In this document: piece after piece, positions 19,491-29,804 of the stretch
How positions within the stretch are numbered: position 1 is the stretch's first letter
How the letters are laid out: the number at the start of each line of letters is the position of its first letter
Assembly (NCBI GenBank): GCA_963845145.1
Contig: CAWJQU010000005.1
Location: 896,001 to 960,000 of the forward strand
Reading direction: 5' to 3'
Origin: an uncultured delta proteobacterium
GTDB taxonomy: Bacteria > Desulfobacterota > Desulfobacteria > Desulfobacterales > QNYZ01
DNA: 64,000 nt
Notes under the pieces: generated by a model
What the model was told of the DNA's origin: nothing
Database searches by the model: none
The model's input: the letters and a program-made list of their open reading frames with translations, nothing else
Made by a program: the position numbers and the translations under genes

Positions 19491-21200
19491 TTAAAACGCA
19501 TTCACTTTATCAAGGTCTTCATCCGTTACATCAAAAACATTGCCCGAAGGTAGTAATGGCTCTTCTTTAAAAAATTGCGGCAGACGGTCATCTTCTTTTG
19601 TAAATCCCGCCCCTGTATTGAATTCCTTCTCTGCTTTTAGGGCAGTGAGGCCCAATTGCATCAAATAATCCTTCTCAAGGGCTTCGCCAAACAACGCCGA
19701 TACACTCTGAACCATATGACCTTGAAGATCTGCAAAATCAAGCGCAGGCAATGAGGCAAAAAGGCAAAGGCCTAAACTGTCGATGGCCGCATGATAAATT
19801 TGCAGAAAAGACGACATTTGCCATTGCCCATCAGGGGATGACGGGTCATATTGCGACAAGGGGTTGGGAATGGCATTTCCAACGGTATGATCCGCACCCA
19901 TGGCCGATGTGGCATATGAGGTGCCTGTACCTTTCAACCCTCTGGGATCATAGGCTGCCAGCCCCTGGCCTTTCACATGGGGGATTCGTGCAGACCCTAA
20001 AGTATCTCCGGTGACCTTACAGCCATTGCCTATCATCAGGCCGTTGTCGGAGCCTTCCCTGATTTCATTTATTAGTGCCAAGGCGCCGTTTCCATCCCCC
20101 ATCTTCAGGATATTTGCCTCCATGGCCAGGGCAAGGGCGGCACCGACATCCATGGTATCAAGCCCAATGTCGTTGCAGGCCCAATTAATTTTCGCAATCA
20201 CATCAATATCAGCAATCATGCAATTGGATCCGATGAGAACAATGGTTTCATATTCTAGCCCCGAAACGAGGACTTCACCTTTGTCATCGGTGAATACATT
20301 TGAACAACCGATTACGCAGCCGGTCATGCATTTGTGGTCTGCTACGGCATTGGGTCGTTTGGCCATTAGTTCGGCGATATGCTCACCGGAAATCTCATGG
20401 GCTTTGTCAAATTGGCCAACGGAAAAATTACGCGTTGGGAGGCATCCCATGCCATTAATCATATTGACCAGGACCGGTGTTCCGAAAACATTCAACGCCT
20501 CAATCATTGGATAGGCCAGAACGCCTTTGGCAAACTTAGAAGCAGCCGATTTAAATGCGGGCTTGTCCTTTATCTCAACCCTATTGGCACCATTGCTGTC
20601 AATGACCAGTGCTTTCACATTTTTAGACCCCATCACGGCTCCGAGCCCCCCCCTTGCAGCCATCCTGGGGTGAAAGTCAGGCGAGGTGACGGATACTGAG
20701 GCCGCTTTTAATTGGCGTTCCCCTGCAGGCCCAATGGAGATAATCGATACCTTGTCTCCATATTGTTTTTTCAAATCGGCAATGACCTGATAATTACCCA
20801 ATCCTTTGATCGGGCCGGCATCAACAAAGGATACACCGCTATCATTTATTTCCACCGTGGTCAGCGAGCTGGCAGCCCCCTCAAGAATAACCGCTTGAAT
20901 CCCAAGTTTCGCCAGCTTGGAAGCCGCATTGCCGCCAGCGTTCGCTTCTTTAATACCACCGGTCAAAGGACTCTTGGCACCCACCGACAATCGACTACTG
21001 TTCGGAAAATTGGTTCCGGCCAGAATTCCGGCTGCAAATATCAGCTTATTTTGGGGATCCAGCGCATCCACTTTGGGTGCAACTTCCAGGTTGATAATTT
21101 GCGAACTTAACGATCGGCCTCCCAGGTTTGCATACTCAGAGGCTAATTCCTCGAAAATATAGCCCTGCTTTTCCAAATCAATCCTCAATAATTTTAACAT
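19491..21200 (-). CDS. aor: Aldehyde:ferredoxin oxidoreductase family (tungstopterin)
   Basis: KSPLTGGIKEANAGG, AARGGLGAVMGSKNVKA, CMTGCVIGC, EYET, DIGLD, DSLGLCLF, DDRLP. Confidence 0.93.
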   Translation of the reverse strand: MLKLLRIDLEKQGYIFEELASEYANLGGRSLSSQIINLEVAPKVDALDPQNKLIFAAGILAGTNFPNSSRLSVGAKSPLTGGIKEANAGGNAASKLAKLGIQAVILEGAASSLTTVEINDSGVSFVDAGPIKGLGNYQVIADLKKQYGDKVSIISIGPAGERQLKAASVSVTSPDFHPRMAARGGLGAVMGSKNVKALVIDSNGANRVEIKDKPAFKSAASKFAKGVLAYPMIEALNVFGTPVLVNMINGMGCLPTRNFSVGQFDKAHEISGEHIAELMAKRPNAVADHKCMTGCVIGCSNVFTDDKGEVLVSGLEYETIVLIGSNCMIADIDVIAKINWACNDIGLDTMDVGAALALAMEANILKMGDGNGALALINEIREGSDNGLMIGNGCKVTGDTLGSARIPHVKGQGLAAYDPRGLKGTGTSYATSAMGADHTVGNAIPNPLSQYDPSSPDGQWQMSSFLQIYHAAIDSLGLCLFASLPALDFADLQGHMVQSVSALFGEALEKDYLMQLGLTALKAEKEFNTGAGFTKEDDRLPQFFKEEPLLPSGNVFDVTDEDLDKVNAF

Positions 21201-21323
21201 GTTACCTCCCCTGTAATTACGATAAAATGACCATAAACGATACTGAACACCGGCTTCTTCTCAAATTGCAAATGGATTGCGCCTTCAATGGGATAATAAG
21301 GTGTCGTGGAGTGTAAACCTAAA

Positions 21324-21339
21324 AGCAATAATCATACCG
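21324..21339 (-). promoter_or_regulatory. Sigma-54 -24/-12 promoter for the aor operon
   Basis: Minus strand CGGTATGATTATTGCT = GG-N10-GC; IHF-like TTTCAGGTGGTTA at 21368-21380; activator gene directly upstream. Confidence 0.72.
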
Positions 21340-21421
21340 TGTGAGGGAAATCTAAAAAGACTATTCTTTTCAGGTGGTTAAAAATTTTCGGGGTGGCGTG
21401 TGATGATTCTCACCGGGGGCA

Positions 21422-21513
21422 TTACGGGTCATAAGTGACCCGTAAAAATCAGACATCTCCCCTCAAGGCCCCGCAGGGTGGCCCCGGGAAGCGATGGGTC
21501 AGATAAGACCCAT
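21422..21513. promoter_or_regulatory. Two palindromic enhancer (UAS) candidates, GGGTC-N6-GACCC
   Basis: TTACGGGTCA-TAAG-TGACCCGTAA (21422-21445) and ATGGGTC-AGATAA-GACCCAT (21494-21513); centres 70 bp apart. Confidence 0.6.
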
Positions 21514-21520
21514 TATGGGA

Positions 21521-23851
21521 CTACAACAGTCCATGTTTTTTCATTTTTCTGTAAAGTGTTTTCCTGGAAAGACCTAAATATGCCGCGCTTCTTCCCTTGC
21601 GCCACTGATTTTGAATCAGGATGTTCTGGATGTGGCTTTTCTCGAATTCTGCAACCGCTTTTTGCAAAAGAATCGCTTTATCGTTTGTATTTTTATTATG
21701 TGCGTTTGTTTTGGTTGTTGAATTCGTCACAGTTGATACCATTAAAAAATCAAGATTTTTAAGTGTGCTATACCTGCGGAGAACATTTTGCAGCTCGCGA
21801 ACATTTCCCGGCCAGTGATAATTTTTCAGCGTTATGAGATCTTGCGGAGCTAACGTTACAACCTCATTGGCTTTGCTGTAGGTTTTTAAAAAATCATCAA
21901 TGATTAGAAAGATATCATCTCCCCGGTCCCTTAGCGGGGGCAGATGAATGGGCAAAACATGAATCCTGAAAAAAAAGTCGTCCCTTATACGACCCTTTTC
22001 TACAAGCCCGACCAAATCTTTATTTGAAGCTGCGAGAATCCGTAAATCAGGCTTTTTCACCTCCATGCTGCCAATCGGGGAGTATCCCCCCCCTTCAATT
22101 GCACGAAGTAGTTTTACCTGGAGCGACAAACTGACTTCACCCAATTCATCAAGGAAAAGGGTACCACCATCTGCCGCATCAAGATAACCTTCTTTATCAA
22201 CGTGCGAGCCGGTAAACGCGCCCTTTTTTGAACCAAAAAATTCATTTTCTATGAGATTTTCGGGAATAGCGCCGCAATTCACAACGACAAACTTACCACC
22301 ACTTCGGTCCGAAGCATTGTGGATAGCCCGAGCGACCAATTCTTTCCCTGTTCCCGATTCCCCGTAAATAAAAACGCTGTCATTGGTTCCGGCAGCTTTT
22401 AAAATGAGCTCATAGACATCTTGCATCGCCTGGCAGCTACCGATGATATTGTCAAATTTGTATCGATCCTTAATCGTTGATCGAAGATATAAATTTTCGT
22501 CCCTAAGCTTCTGCTCCATCTGCTTAAAAGCCGTAAAATCGGTAATAAATCCCTCTATGGCAACAAGCCGGTCATCATCGAAAAGGACCCCTTCCGCCCG
22601 GTCAAAAACCCATTTCATCTCACCACGGGAATCAAGAATACGATATTCCGTTTGGGAGGGTTCTTTTACCTTTGTAATGGCGTCAAATATTTCGGTGGGA
22701 ACCCTGTCCCTGTCATCCGGATGAATCAATTGTGTAAACTCTTTGAGGCGCTTTCCAATAAAAAAGGAAGGGTCATGTCCGGTGACCAGGCGGCTTCCAT
22801 TACTGACAAATTCCATAACCCAGTTTTTATTTTTTACCAGCCGATAGGCCATACCGGGCAGATTATTCATTAAGGTGGACAGCTTGCGCTCGCTTTCAAT
22901 GACTCTTTTTTCAACGTTTTTGATATGTGTGACATCTCGAATGGACTCGATTGCACCAACAGGTGCGCCATCCCCATTTAGTATGGGGGTAGCCGTGATC
23001 CATGCATATCCACCTTTTCCGGAATTCATTGACGGGATAAATCTTTCCGAAAAAAGCAAATTTCCCTGCTTGGCAATCTTAAAATTTCTAAATATCGAAT
23101 TGTTGGGTTCCACGGTTATAAGATCGATAAGCAAGGGCTCGCCGTCATTATAGAAGGGCCGGATAAATTCATAGAATTGTTGCCCCATTGCCTTTTTTTT
23201 GGGAACTCCCAGTATTTTTTCAAGGGCATTATTCCACGCAATGATGATTTTGTCATTATCAACGACATATGTCGGGTCCGGCAGAAAATCGATGATTTCC
23301 TGCAAACGCTGCTGGGAATTTTTCAGTTCAATGGTTCTTTGTTCAACCAACTCTTCCAAATGCTCTCGATACTTTTCTAACTTTTCCTCCAGCTTGCGCT
23401 TTTCGGTGATATCTCTTGCCATTCCTTCTACAAATGCCACCTGGTGATTCTCATTAAAAATTGGGGCTTCAATAACCACCAGTCGCCGCGAAGAGCCATC
23501 TTTATGAAAAACATCGACCTCATAGGGTGGTTGTCGAATTCCCTCAATACTCAACTCCGTATGTCTTCGGGCTTCGACATTGACAGGGTGATCAGTCCAC
23601 AGGTCATCAATATTTTTTTTATATTCATCGGGCGTATACCCCAAAACATTTATTACGGAAGGGCTTAGGATTGTAAACGTCTTGTTGGTATCATGCGCAA
23701 AAAAGATAAACTCATCTTTAAGGTTCTCGAGCATCCGATTATATCTACCTTCGCTCTGAGCCAATAATTTGTTGGCCGTATCGGGTGCCGAGGAAGGATT
23801 TTCATGTTTTTTTGGTGGGTTGGCCAATATTTTAGGTGATTTTTGTGCCAT
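21521..23851 (-). CDS. Sigma-54-dependent transcriptional activator with multiple PAS domains
   Basis: Three PAS-like repeats; GESGTGKE, GAFTGS, LFLDE, WPGNVRELQN; C-terminal Fis HTH. Confidence 0.93.
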   Translation of the reverse strand: MAQKSPKILANPPKKHENPSSAPDTANKLLAQSEGRYNRMLENLKDEFIFFAHDTNKTFTILSPSVINVLGYTPDEYKKNIDDLWTDHPVNVEARRHTELSIEGIRQPPYEVDVFHKDGSSRRLVVIEAPIFNENHQVAFVEGMARDITEKRKLEEKLEKYREHLEELVEQRTIELKNSQQRLQEIIDFLPDPTYVVDNDKIIIAWNNALEKILGVPKKKAMGQQFYEFIRPFYNDGEPLLIDLITVEPNNSIFRNFKIAKQGNLLFSERFIPSMNSGKGGYAWITATPILNGDGAPVGAIESIRDVTHIKNVEKRVIESERKLSTLMNNLPGMAYRLVKNKNWVMEFVSNGSRLVTGHDPSFFIGKRLKEFTQLIHPDDRDRVPTEIFDAITKVKEPSQTEYRILDSRGEMKWVFDRAEGVLFDDDRLVAIEGFITDFTAFKQMEQKLRDENLYLRSTIKDRYKFDNIIGSCQAMQDVYELILKAAGTNDSVFIYGESGTGKELVARAIHNASDRSGGKFVVVNCGAIPENLIENEFFGSKKGAFTGSHVDKEGYLDAADGGTLFLDELGEVSLSLQVKLLRAIEGGGYSPIGSMEVKKPDLRILAASNKDLVGLVEKGRIRDDFFFRIHVLPIHLPPLRDRGDDIFLIIDDFLKTYSKANEVVTLAPQDLITLKNYHWPGNVRELQNVLRRYSTLKNLDFLMVSTVTNSTTKTNAHNKNTNDKAILLQKAVAEFEKSHIQNILIQNQWRKGRSAAYLGLSRKTLYRKMKKHGLL

Positions 23852-24011
23852 CTGCTTTACTCCATGCCCATTCTGATATCTATCGATTTCACCATAACTT
23901 CATAGATCCTTAAAAGCAAATAATCCCAAACCATTATAGATAATTACCCTACCCTTAATAGTCTTTTTCGACTCAAATCAATCATAATTTCACCCACCCA
24001 CACGACTACAG

Positions 24012-24630
24012 GCGGATTCGGTGGGGGATGTCGTGACCCAAATCACGGCCCGAGGAAAGCGCCCGGCGGCCTTTATCTGCGAAAGCATGCTGGGGTGCGG
24101 CGGACAGGTCATCTTACCGGAAAACTATATGGCGGCGGCTTTTAAAAAGGTGCGCGATGCGGGTGGCCTGTGTATCGCCGACGAAGTCCAGGTGGGGTTC
24201 GGCCGGGTTGGGTCCCATTTTTGGGCGTTATAAACCCAGGGCGTCGTACCGGACATCGTTACCTTAGGTAAACCCATCGGCAACGGTCATCCCTTGGCCG
24301 TCGTTGTAACCACGCCGGAAATTGCCACCGCATTCAATAAAGGGATGGAATACTTCAACACGTTCGGTGGCAACCCGGTCTCATGCGCCATCGGCATGGC
24401 GGTACTGGATGTCATTGAGCAGGAACATCTTCAGGAAAATGCACTTGCCACAGGGAATTATCTATTGAAAAAACTAAAACCGTTAGCAGAAAAATATCCG
24501 CTGGTGGGTGATGTTCGCGGGCTGGGTCTCTATGCTGGCGTGGAGTTGGTGACGGACCGAAACACCCTTGAACCTGCCGCCGGCCAAGCGGATTATATCA
24601 TCAACCGCATGAGGGACTACGGTATTCTGC
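24012..24630 (+). pseudogene. Internal fragment of a class III aminotransferase (phospho-lyase/AGXT2L-like) with in-frame stop
   Basis: [14 protein letters not shown]...[35 protein letters not shown]...[12 protein letters not shown] at 24231-24233; no N-terminus; homology ends near YGIL. Confidence 0.8.
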
Positions 24631-24679
24631 CAATGCCGGTTAGGTGGCGTCCAGCCATAAAGACCATCTGGTGTACCCA

Positions 24680-26518
24680 TCAAATAGCCAATTGATGGTT
24701 CCTCACATCTTTGCCCACTCGATTTAAATGATTCGACGTTGATGCCTCCCGGGATGCATTCGAATGTGATGCCGGCTCTTTGGTTTCGGGAAAACCCATT
24801 TTAGGCTCCATGGTAATGCCCACGAGATGGGCCAAATCCTGAATCATTGTGTTCAGCAAGCGGGACTGCTCGGACAGTTCCACGCTGGCCGAGGCGGCTT
24901 CTTCACTGCTGGCGGCGTTAGATTGGGTGACCTGATCCACTTGATTGATGGCCTCGTTGATTTCCGCGATTCCCTGAGCCTGTTCATTGCCGGCCTGTGA
25001 TACTTCGGAAACCAATTGCGTCACACGCTGGGCGATATCAGCATTTTCATTCATGGCCGTGGAGACACGGGTGAACAATTCCTTGCTTTCATGCGCTTTT
25101 TGGGTCGAATTACGGATCAGCTCCTGGGTGTCCTGGGCGGCAACGGCGCTACGTTGGGCCAGGTTGCGCACTTCTTCCGCCACCACCGCGAACCCTTTTC
25201 CCTCCTCACCGGCCCGAGCGGCTTCCACGGCTGCATTCAGGGCCAGCAAATTTGTCTGAAAGGCGATTTCGTCAATGGTCTTTATAATTTTAGCGGTTTT
25301 TTCAGAGGCCTCGACGGTTTCCTCAATGTTTTTCTGCATCACCTGCATACCTTCTTGAATCTTCTGGAAATTGGTGCCGGCCTCTTGGGTCATCAGGGTT
25401 TCTACGGCACGGGTGGCATCTGCATTTTGGTTTGTCATGGCCGCTATCTGCTCCAACGAAGCGGAAACTTCCTCTACACTGGCTGCCTGTTCCGAAGCGC
25501 CGCTGGCCATATCATTACTCGATTGGGCCACGTGGCTGGAAACCGTATCCACTTCTTCCGCCGCTTGGGAGAGATTTTGAGTGATCCCGCCAAGAGAGCT
25601 GGAGAGGGAACGGGCAAATTTTAAGCCGATCAGCATACCCACTATGGATACGACAAGAATGCCGATCACCAGATTACGAAAGTTGTTGCGCACCCCGGTA
25701 AACACATTCGCCGTGCCGGCACTCGTCGTTTCAATAATACCGGCCAAAATCGTGTCAAAACGTTTATAAACTTGGGTCTGTATGGCCAGGGACGTCTCCG
25801 TATTGGCGATAAACGCCTCTGTCAACACTTTGATACGCGAATTGGCCTCCATGGCTTTAACCGGCAATTGGGCAAATGGGGTGCTTTTCAAACGCTCTAC
25901 ATCATTGGCGACATTGGCGAGAATAGTCTCCAGGAATTGTAACATTTCCGCTTTGACCGACAGATCTTGCTTCAAATTGCCGAAACGAACGAGTATCTCA
26001 TAATTTGCGCTGGTGTTGATGTTGGCGCCGATGATGACCAGACGTTCCAACGTTGAAACCTGCTGGCGGCTGTTATCGTCGGCCAACTTTTCACTGACCG
26101 TTTTGATATAACCGTTGGAGGTTTCAATGGACGTCTGAGCTAATGTATTGATTTCCATTTCGATGGCGAGATTGTGTTTTCGTGCCATATCAATCTGCTG
26201 CAATTCTTTTAAAAGCTCTCCCACTGGGGCTTTAAATCCGAAATCTTCCGTTTGGCCGGCAAAATCTGTGAGTGTTTGTTTCAACGCTTCAACGGGCATT
26301 GTGTTCATAAAAAAATCGCGAATACCGCTGGAAAGTTCGCTAGCTTGGGCAGACAGTTGATTGAGTCGGACTTGATTTTGATCCAGGTCGCGAATCATAT
26401 GCGTCGATCTCCAATACAAGCCAATTCCTGCAATAATCAAAACAACATAGGTAAGATTGACCAACAATAATTTGTGTTGCAGCTTCATTTTTGTTCTTTT
26501 GCGGACCGGTGTCGACAT
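24680..26518 (-). CDS. Methyl-accepting chemotaxis protein
   Basis: Two TM segments; [37 protein letters not shown]. Confidence 0.93.
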   Translation of the reverse strand: MSTPVRKRTKMKLQHKLLLVNLTYVVLIIAGIGLYWRSTHMIRDLDQNQVRLNQLSAQASELSSGIRDFFMNTMPVEALKQTLTDFAGQTEDFGFKAPVGELLKELQQIDMARKHNLAIEMEINTLAQTSIETSNGYIKTVSEKLADDNSRQQVSTLERLVIIGANINTSANYEILVRFGNLKQDLSVKAEMLQFLETILANVANDVERLKSTPFAQLPVKAMEANSRIKVLTEAFIANTETSLAIQTQVYKRFDTILAGIIETTSAGTANVFTGVRNNFRNLVIGILVVSIVGMLIGLKFARSLSSSLGGITQNLSQAAEEVDTVSSHVAQSSNDMASGASEQAASVEEVSASLEQIAAMTNQNADATRAVETLMTQEAGTNFQKIQEGMQVMQKNIEETVEASEKTAKIIKTIDEIAFQTNLLALNAAVEAARAGEEGKGFAVVAEEVRNLAQRSAVAAQDTQELIRNSTQKAHESKELFTRVSTAMNENADIAQRVTQLVSEVSQAGNEQAQGIAEINEAINQVDQVTQSNAASSEEAASASVELSEQSRLLNTMIQDLAHLVGITMEPKMGFPETKEPASHSNASREASTSNHLNRVGKDVRNHQLAI

Positions 26519-26677
26519 GTTCAAACCTTTCTTTGAGATACGATTTGTATAGAATTAAAAAATTGAATGGCAGGCTCCCGGCATTTGAGGTAAGCGTTAC
26601 ACCGCTAATAAAAAGGCACCGCCGTAACCATTATCGGCTCAGACCCGACCAAACCAAACAAGATTACATTAAACGTA

Positions 26678-26704
26678 GTATCGGTATTTAAGCGGTAAAC
26701 TTTA
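26678..26704 (-). promoter_or_regulatory. Sigma-28 (FliA) promoter upstream of MCP
   Basis: Minus strand TAAAGTTT-N11-ACCGATAC. Confidence 0.7.
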
Positions 26705-26769
26705 GTTTTTTCGGTATCACACGCGGAAGGAGGGCGATGATAACAACCCGGCAACAGGTGGCATTTGAG

Positions 26770-26991
26770 TTATTCGGACCTGATGATATCGACAATCTCA
26801 AGAATTTCTTCTTTAAATGAAGATGGTGCAAATAATTCGCCCCACCCCTTTTGCATCTGAAAGAGACCATCGTAGGCCGTATCATGAAATGATCTGATTC
26901 GATACGGCATCTCTTTCTCATTTAAAATAGACTCGATGAGCTGGGCTTCGATTGAATTCTCCAATACCGTTATCTTGATATACGAATCCAT
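26770..26991 (-). CDS. Small DUF2007-like putative signal-transducing protein
   Basis: ENSIEAQLIESIL...SFHDTAYDGLFQ..KGWG. Confidence 0.7.
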   Translation of the reverse strand: MDSYIKITVLENSIEAQLIESILNEKEMPYRIRSFHDTAYDGLFQMQKGWGELFAPSSFKEEILEIVDIIRSE

Positions 26992-27204
26992 TTTTGTATC
27001 CTAATTTTTGAGATAAGGCGCCAAGAAACGCACCGAGAAAAGCATCGGTTTCGTTTATAGCACAGTTCAGGATATGATATCTAATCGATACCGCTCCCTC
27101 TCCGTGGTGTTTTCTAAAACCGTGGTCCGGCCAATCAACAGGGTTAATTCAAGCTAATTTTAAAGCCCGGCCATCCCGACCCCATTTAAATTTTCATTTC
27201 AACC

Positions 27205-27231
27205 TAAAGTCTTATCACGGTTGACCGATAA
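27205..27231 (+). promoter_or_regulatory. Sigma-28 promoter upstream of cheV
   Basis: TAAAGTCT-N11-ACCGATAA. Confidence 0.72.
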
Positions 27232-27272
27232 ACAACTGTAGGTATTTTAAAATTCGATTCAGGAGAAAACCT

Positions 27273-28187
27273 ATGGCCACCGAACACAGTATATTATTAG
27301 AAAGCGGTACGAATGAGATGGAGCTTTTGAGCGTCTCTCTAAATGGGCAGATTTTTGGTCTAAATGTCGCTAAGGTACAAGCGATCATACAGTACAGCGC
27401 CGATCAGGTGACCACTCTGCCGCAAACACCGCCGAGCATGTTGGGGATGTTGATATATCGAAGCAGCTCTATTCCATTGATCGATTTGGGGCATTTCCTG
27501 GGCATACCTGCCCTTCAGGAAAATGAGCGTGCCATCGTAATCGTAACCGAGTTTAATAACAAGGTAACCGGGTTCAAAGTTGACGAAGTCCGCCAAATAC
27601 ATCGTCTGAGTTGGAATGAGTATGCACCCGCCGACCCGGTTTTTAACACCTATGATGTCAACATAACCGGTTCGGTTGAAATTGATGGTGAGGATGTTCT
27701 CGTTTTGGACATGGAAAAAATCTTAACCCTATTTTTTCCTCATCTCTCGTTTGAAGAAGTCCAAAAATCCTATCAAAATGCCGAAGATACCGAAAAACGG
27801 CAGGAGATACAGATCTTTTTTGCGGAAGATTCATCCCCAATCCGCAAACACGTGGTCAACGCCTTGAACAAAGTTGGTCTCAATAAATTGGAAACGTTCA
27901 CTAACGGCAATGAGGCTCTGGAGCGAATGGAATCCATTTTGGCCGGTAAATCGGAAGGGCGCCTGCCGGATTTAGTTATCACTGATATCGAAATGCCCAA
28001 AATGGACGGCCTGACCCTGTGCAAGAAGCTGAAAGCCTCACCGGATTTTTCCCACATTCGGGTCATTGTTTTCTCAAGTCTGATCAATAAACAGATGATC
28101 GCTAAATGTGAAGATGTGGGTGCCGATGGGTATGTCGCCAAACCCCAGCTAAATAAACTCATCGAACTCATTGATAACAGGGAATAG
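27273..28187 (+). CDS. cheV: Chemotaxis coupling protein CheV (CheW + receiver)
   Basis: ILLESGTNEMEL, FGLNVAKV, IVTEFN, AEDS, ITDIEMPKMDG, FSSL. Confidence 0.93.
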   Translation: MATEHSILLESGTNEMELLSVSLNGQIFGLNVAKVQAIIQYSADQVTTLPQTPPSMLGMLIYRSSSIPLIDLGHFLGIPALQENERAIVIVTEFNNKVTGFKVDEVRQIHRLSWNEYAPADPVFNTYDVNITGSVEIDGEDVLVLDMEKILTLFFPHLSFEEVQKSYQNAEDTEKRQEIQIFFAEDSSPIRKHVVNALNKVGLNKLETFTNGNEALERMESILAGKSEGRLPDLVITDIEMPKMDGLTLCKKLKASPDFSHIRVIVFSSLINKQMIAKCEDVGADGYVAKPQLNKLIELIDNRE

Positions 28188-28446
28188 AGAAGCTTTAGCC
28201 ATTGAGGTCGCATTTCCGGGTCGATCGCCGGCCATGTTTGCCCCTTTCAACTTGAACAAAAACGATTTCGCTTTTGTGCGCGCAGTGGCATCGATGCTAA
28301 AGGGAGATGCTATGGGGATAGGATACATTCTTTCCTCAGACGGCCGATGGGACGGGTTGACTTTCAGATTCCGGGCTACATCTTTATAGTACAACGCAAA
28401 ACAATCATCAGGTCCATTGACCTGAGTAGCAGAAAGGAGCGATAAC

Positions 28447-28668
28447 ATGGCCCATACATGTCAAAACTGTGGTGCCGTCGCTGAGGCGCCCGGCCACCTT
28501 TGCAACCCATGTGATGATACCGAAAAATGTAGTTTCTGCGGCACAACCGACGTTAACCCCAAACATATGTGTAAAGACAAAATGGCAGAGATGAAGTTTG
28601 TCTGCGATGGCTGCGGCCGGGTAGCCACGGAAGAGCAGCATCTCTGCAGCCCATCGGCTATTAAATAG
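28447..28668 (+). CDS. Small Cys/His-rich putative metal-binding protein (3 x Cx2Cx8HxC)
   Basis: AAGGAG RBS, 73 aa, three exact repeats of the motif spacing, followed by a terminator. Confidence 0.82.
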   Translation: MAHTCQNCGAVAEAPGHLCNPCDDTEKCSFCGTTDVNPKHMCKDKMAEMKFVCDGCGRVATEEQHLCSPSAIK

Positions 28669-28700
28669 TCCTGCACATTCACAGGATAAAACACCCAGCT

Positions 28701-28735
28701 TGCCCACCGATGAGTTGTGATCGGTGGGCATTTTT
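28701..28735 (+). terminator. Intrinsic terminator
   Basis: TGCCCACCGAT-N8-ATCGGTGGGCA followed by TTTTT. Confidence 0.8.
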
Positions 28736-28814
28736 AAAACCATAAAAAGTAACTACATTATAAATATCAAGGAATACCCATCACTCGTAAACAAAAATAG
28801 CCTCTGAATTAAAT

Positions 28815-29624
28815 ATGGGCGGTAAAGCTATATTATATATCATCCAAATTTTTATCATTGCCGCACTGCCTGCTTGGCTACTCGGAGGATGCGTAACAGC
28901 CTCGGAATCCTCCATAGAGATGCAATCACGAACCAACAATGCAGGAATAGCAACACACCGGGCCATCAAATTAATTCTGGATAAGGGTGGATCGACAATG
29001 GACTACGACACTTTGATGCGGGTCCATCAGATGATCAACCAATCCGTGCATCCCATTCCTAAAATGGATCAATTACTCTACCAATTGATCCACAAGAGGA
29101 ATACTAACCCGCGAATCGACCAAATGATTCTGATCTTTTCTGCAAAAACCATAGCAGAAAGCAAATTTAGTATTCCCTATATCCAAGAAATAATTAAAAC
29201 GATACTAGATCAGGACGACCGAATTAATGAATGGGTCATTGCCTTTGTGGCAGAGGCCATAAGTAATTATCCATATGACCTGCCCCAAGGCGACAGGCTA
29301 GTGGATAACATGGAAAACAGACTATCCCAGATTAGATCCATTGATCGATCACAGGAAGAGTATTTCGGTTATCATTTCCTGCCGCCACCGAAGCGCGTCT
29401 TTATCCGTGCCTATATTGACGGAATAGGGAAACAACCCATCCGCCAGATGGAGCGTGGTTTATATTATGCGATGATTCAAAATGGATTGACGGAAGTCAA
29501 AATCGAGTCCGGATTGAAATATTTACAAACCCATGGCGCCCCTGACAGCGGTGAAAAATGTCCCCATCTGATGGCCTGTCTGGTACGTTACCTAAATCAG
29601 CCGCCTTTTGACCGTTTTGAGTGA
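28815..29624 (+). CDS. Hypothetical lipoprotein
   Basis: 269-aa ORF; hydrophobic N-terminus ending LLGGC; no family recognised. Confidence 0.65.
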   Translation: MGGKAILYIIQIFIIAALPAWLLGGCVTASESSIEMQSRTNNAGIATHRAIKLILDKGGSTMDYDTLMRVHQMINQSVHPIPKMDQLLYQLIHKRNTNPRIDQMILIFSAKTIAESKFSIPYIQEIIKTILDQDDRINEWVIAFVAEAISNYPYDLPQGDRLVDNMENRLSQIRSIDRSQEEYFGYHFLPPPKRVFIRAYIDGIGKQPIRQMERGLYYAMIQNGLTEVKIESGLKYLQTHGAPDSGEKCPHLMACLVRYLNQPPFDRFE

Positions 29625-29804
29625 AAAAAGAAGTCTCCTTTGAATTGAAAACACCGGTTGTCAGCACCCCTCCAATATCCATTTCTTTACCAAAACTTTA
29701 CACGAGCTTTAACCAATCTTTAAATCCATATCCTACTCTTAATTACATCGGGTCTTAATTACATCTGGCAGACACTCATAATTAAGGGAAGGGAGGATTC
29801 AACA

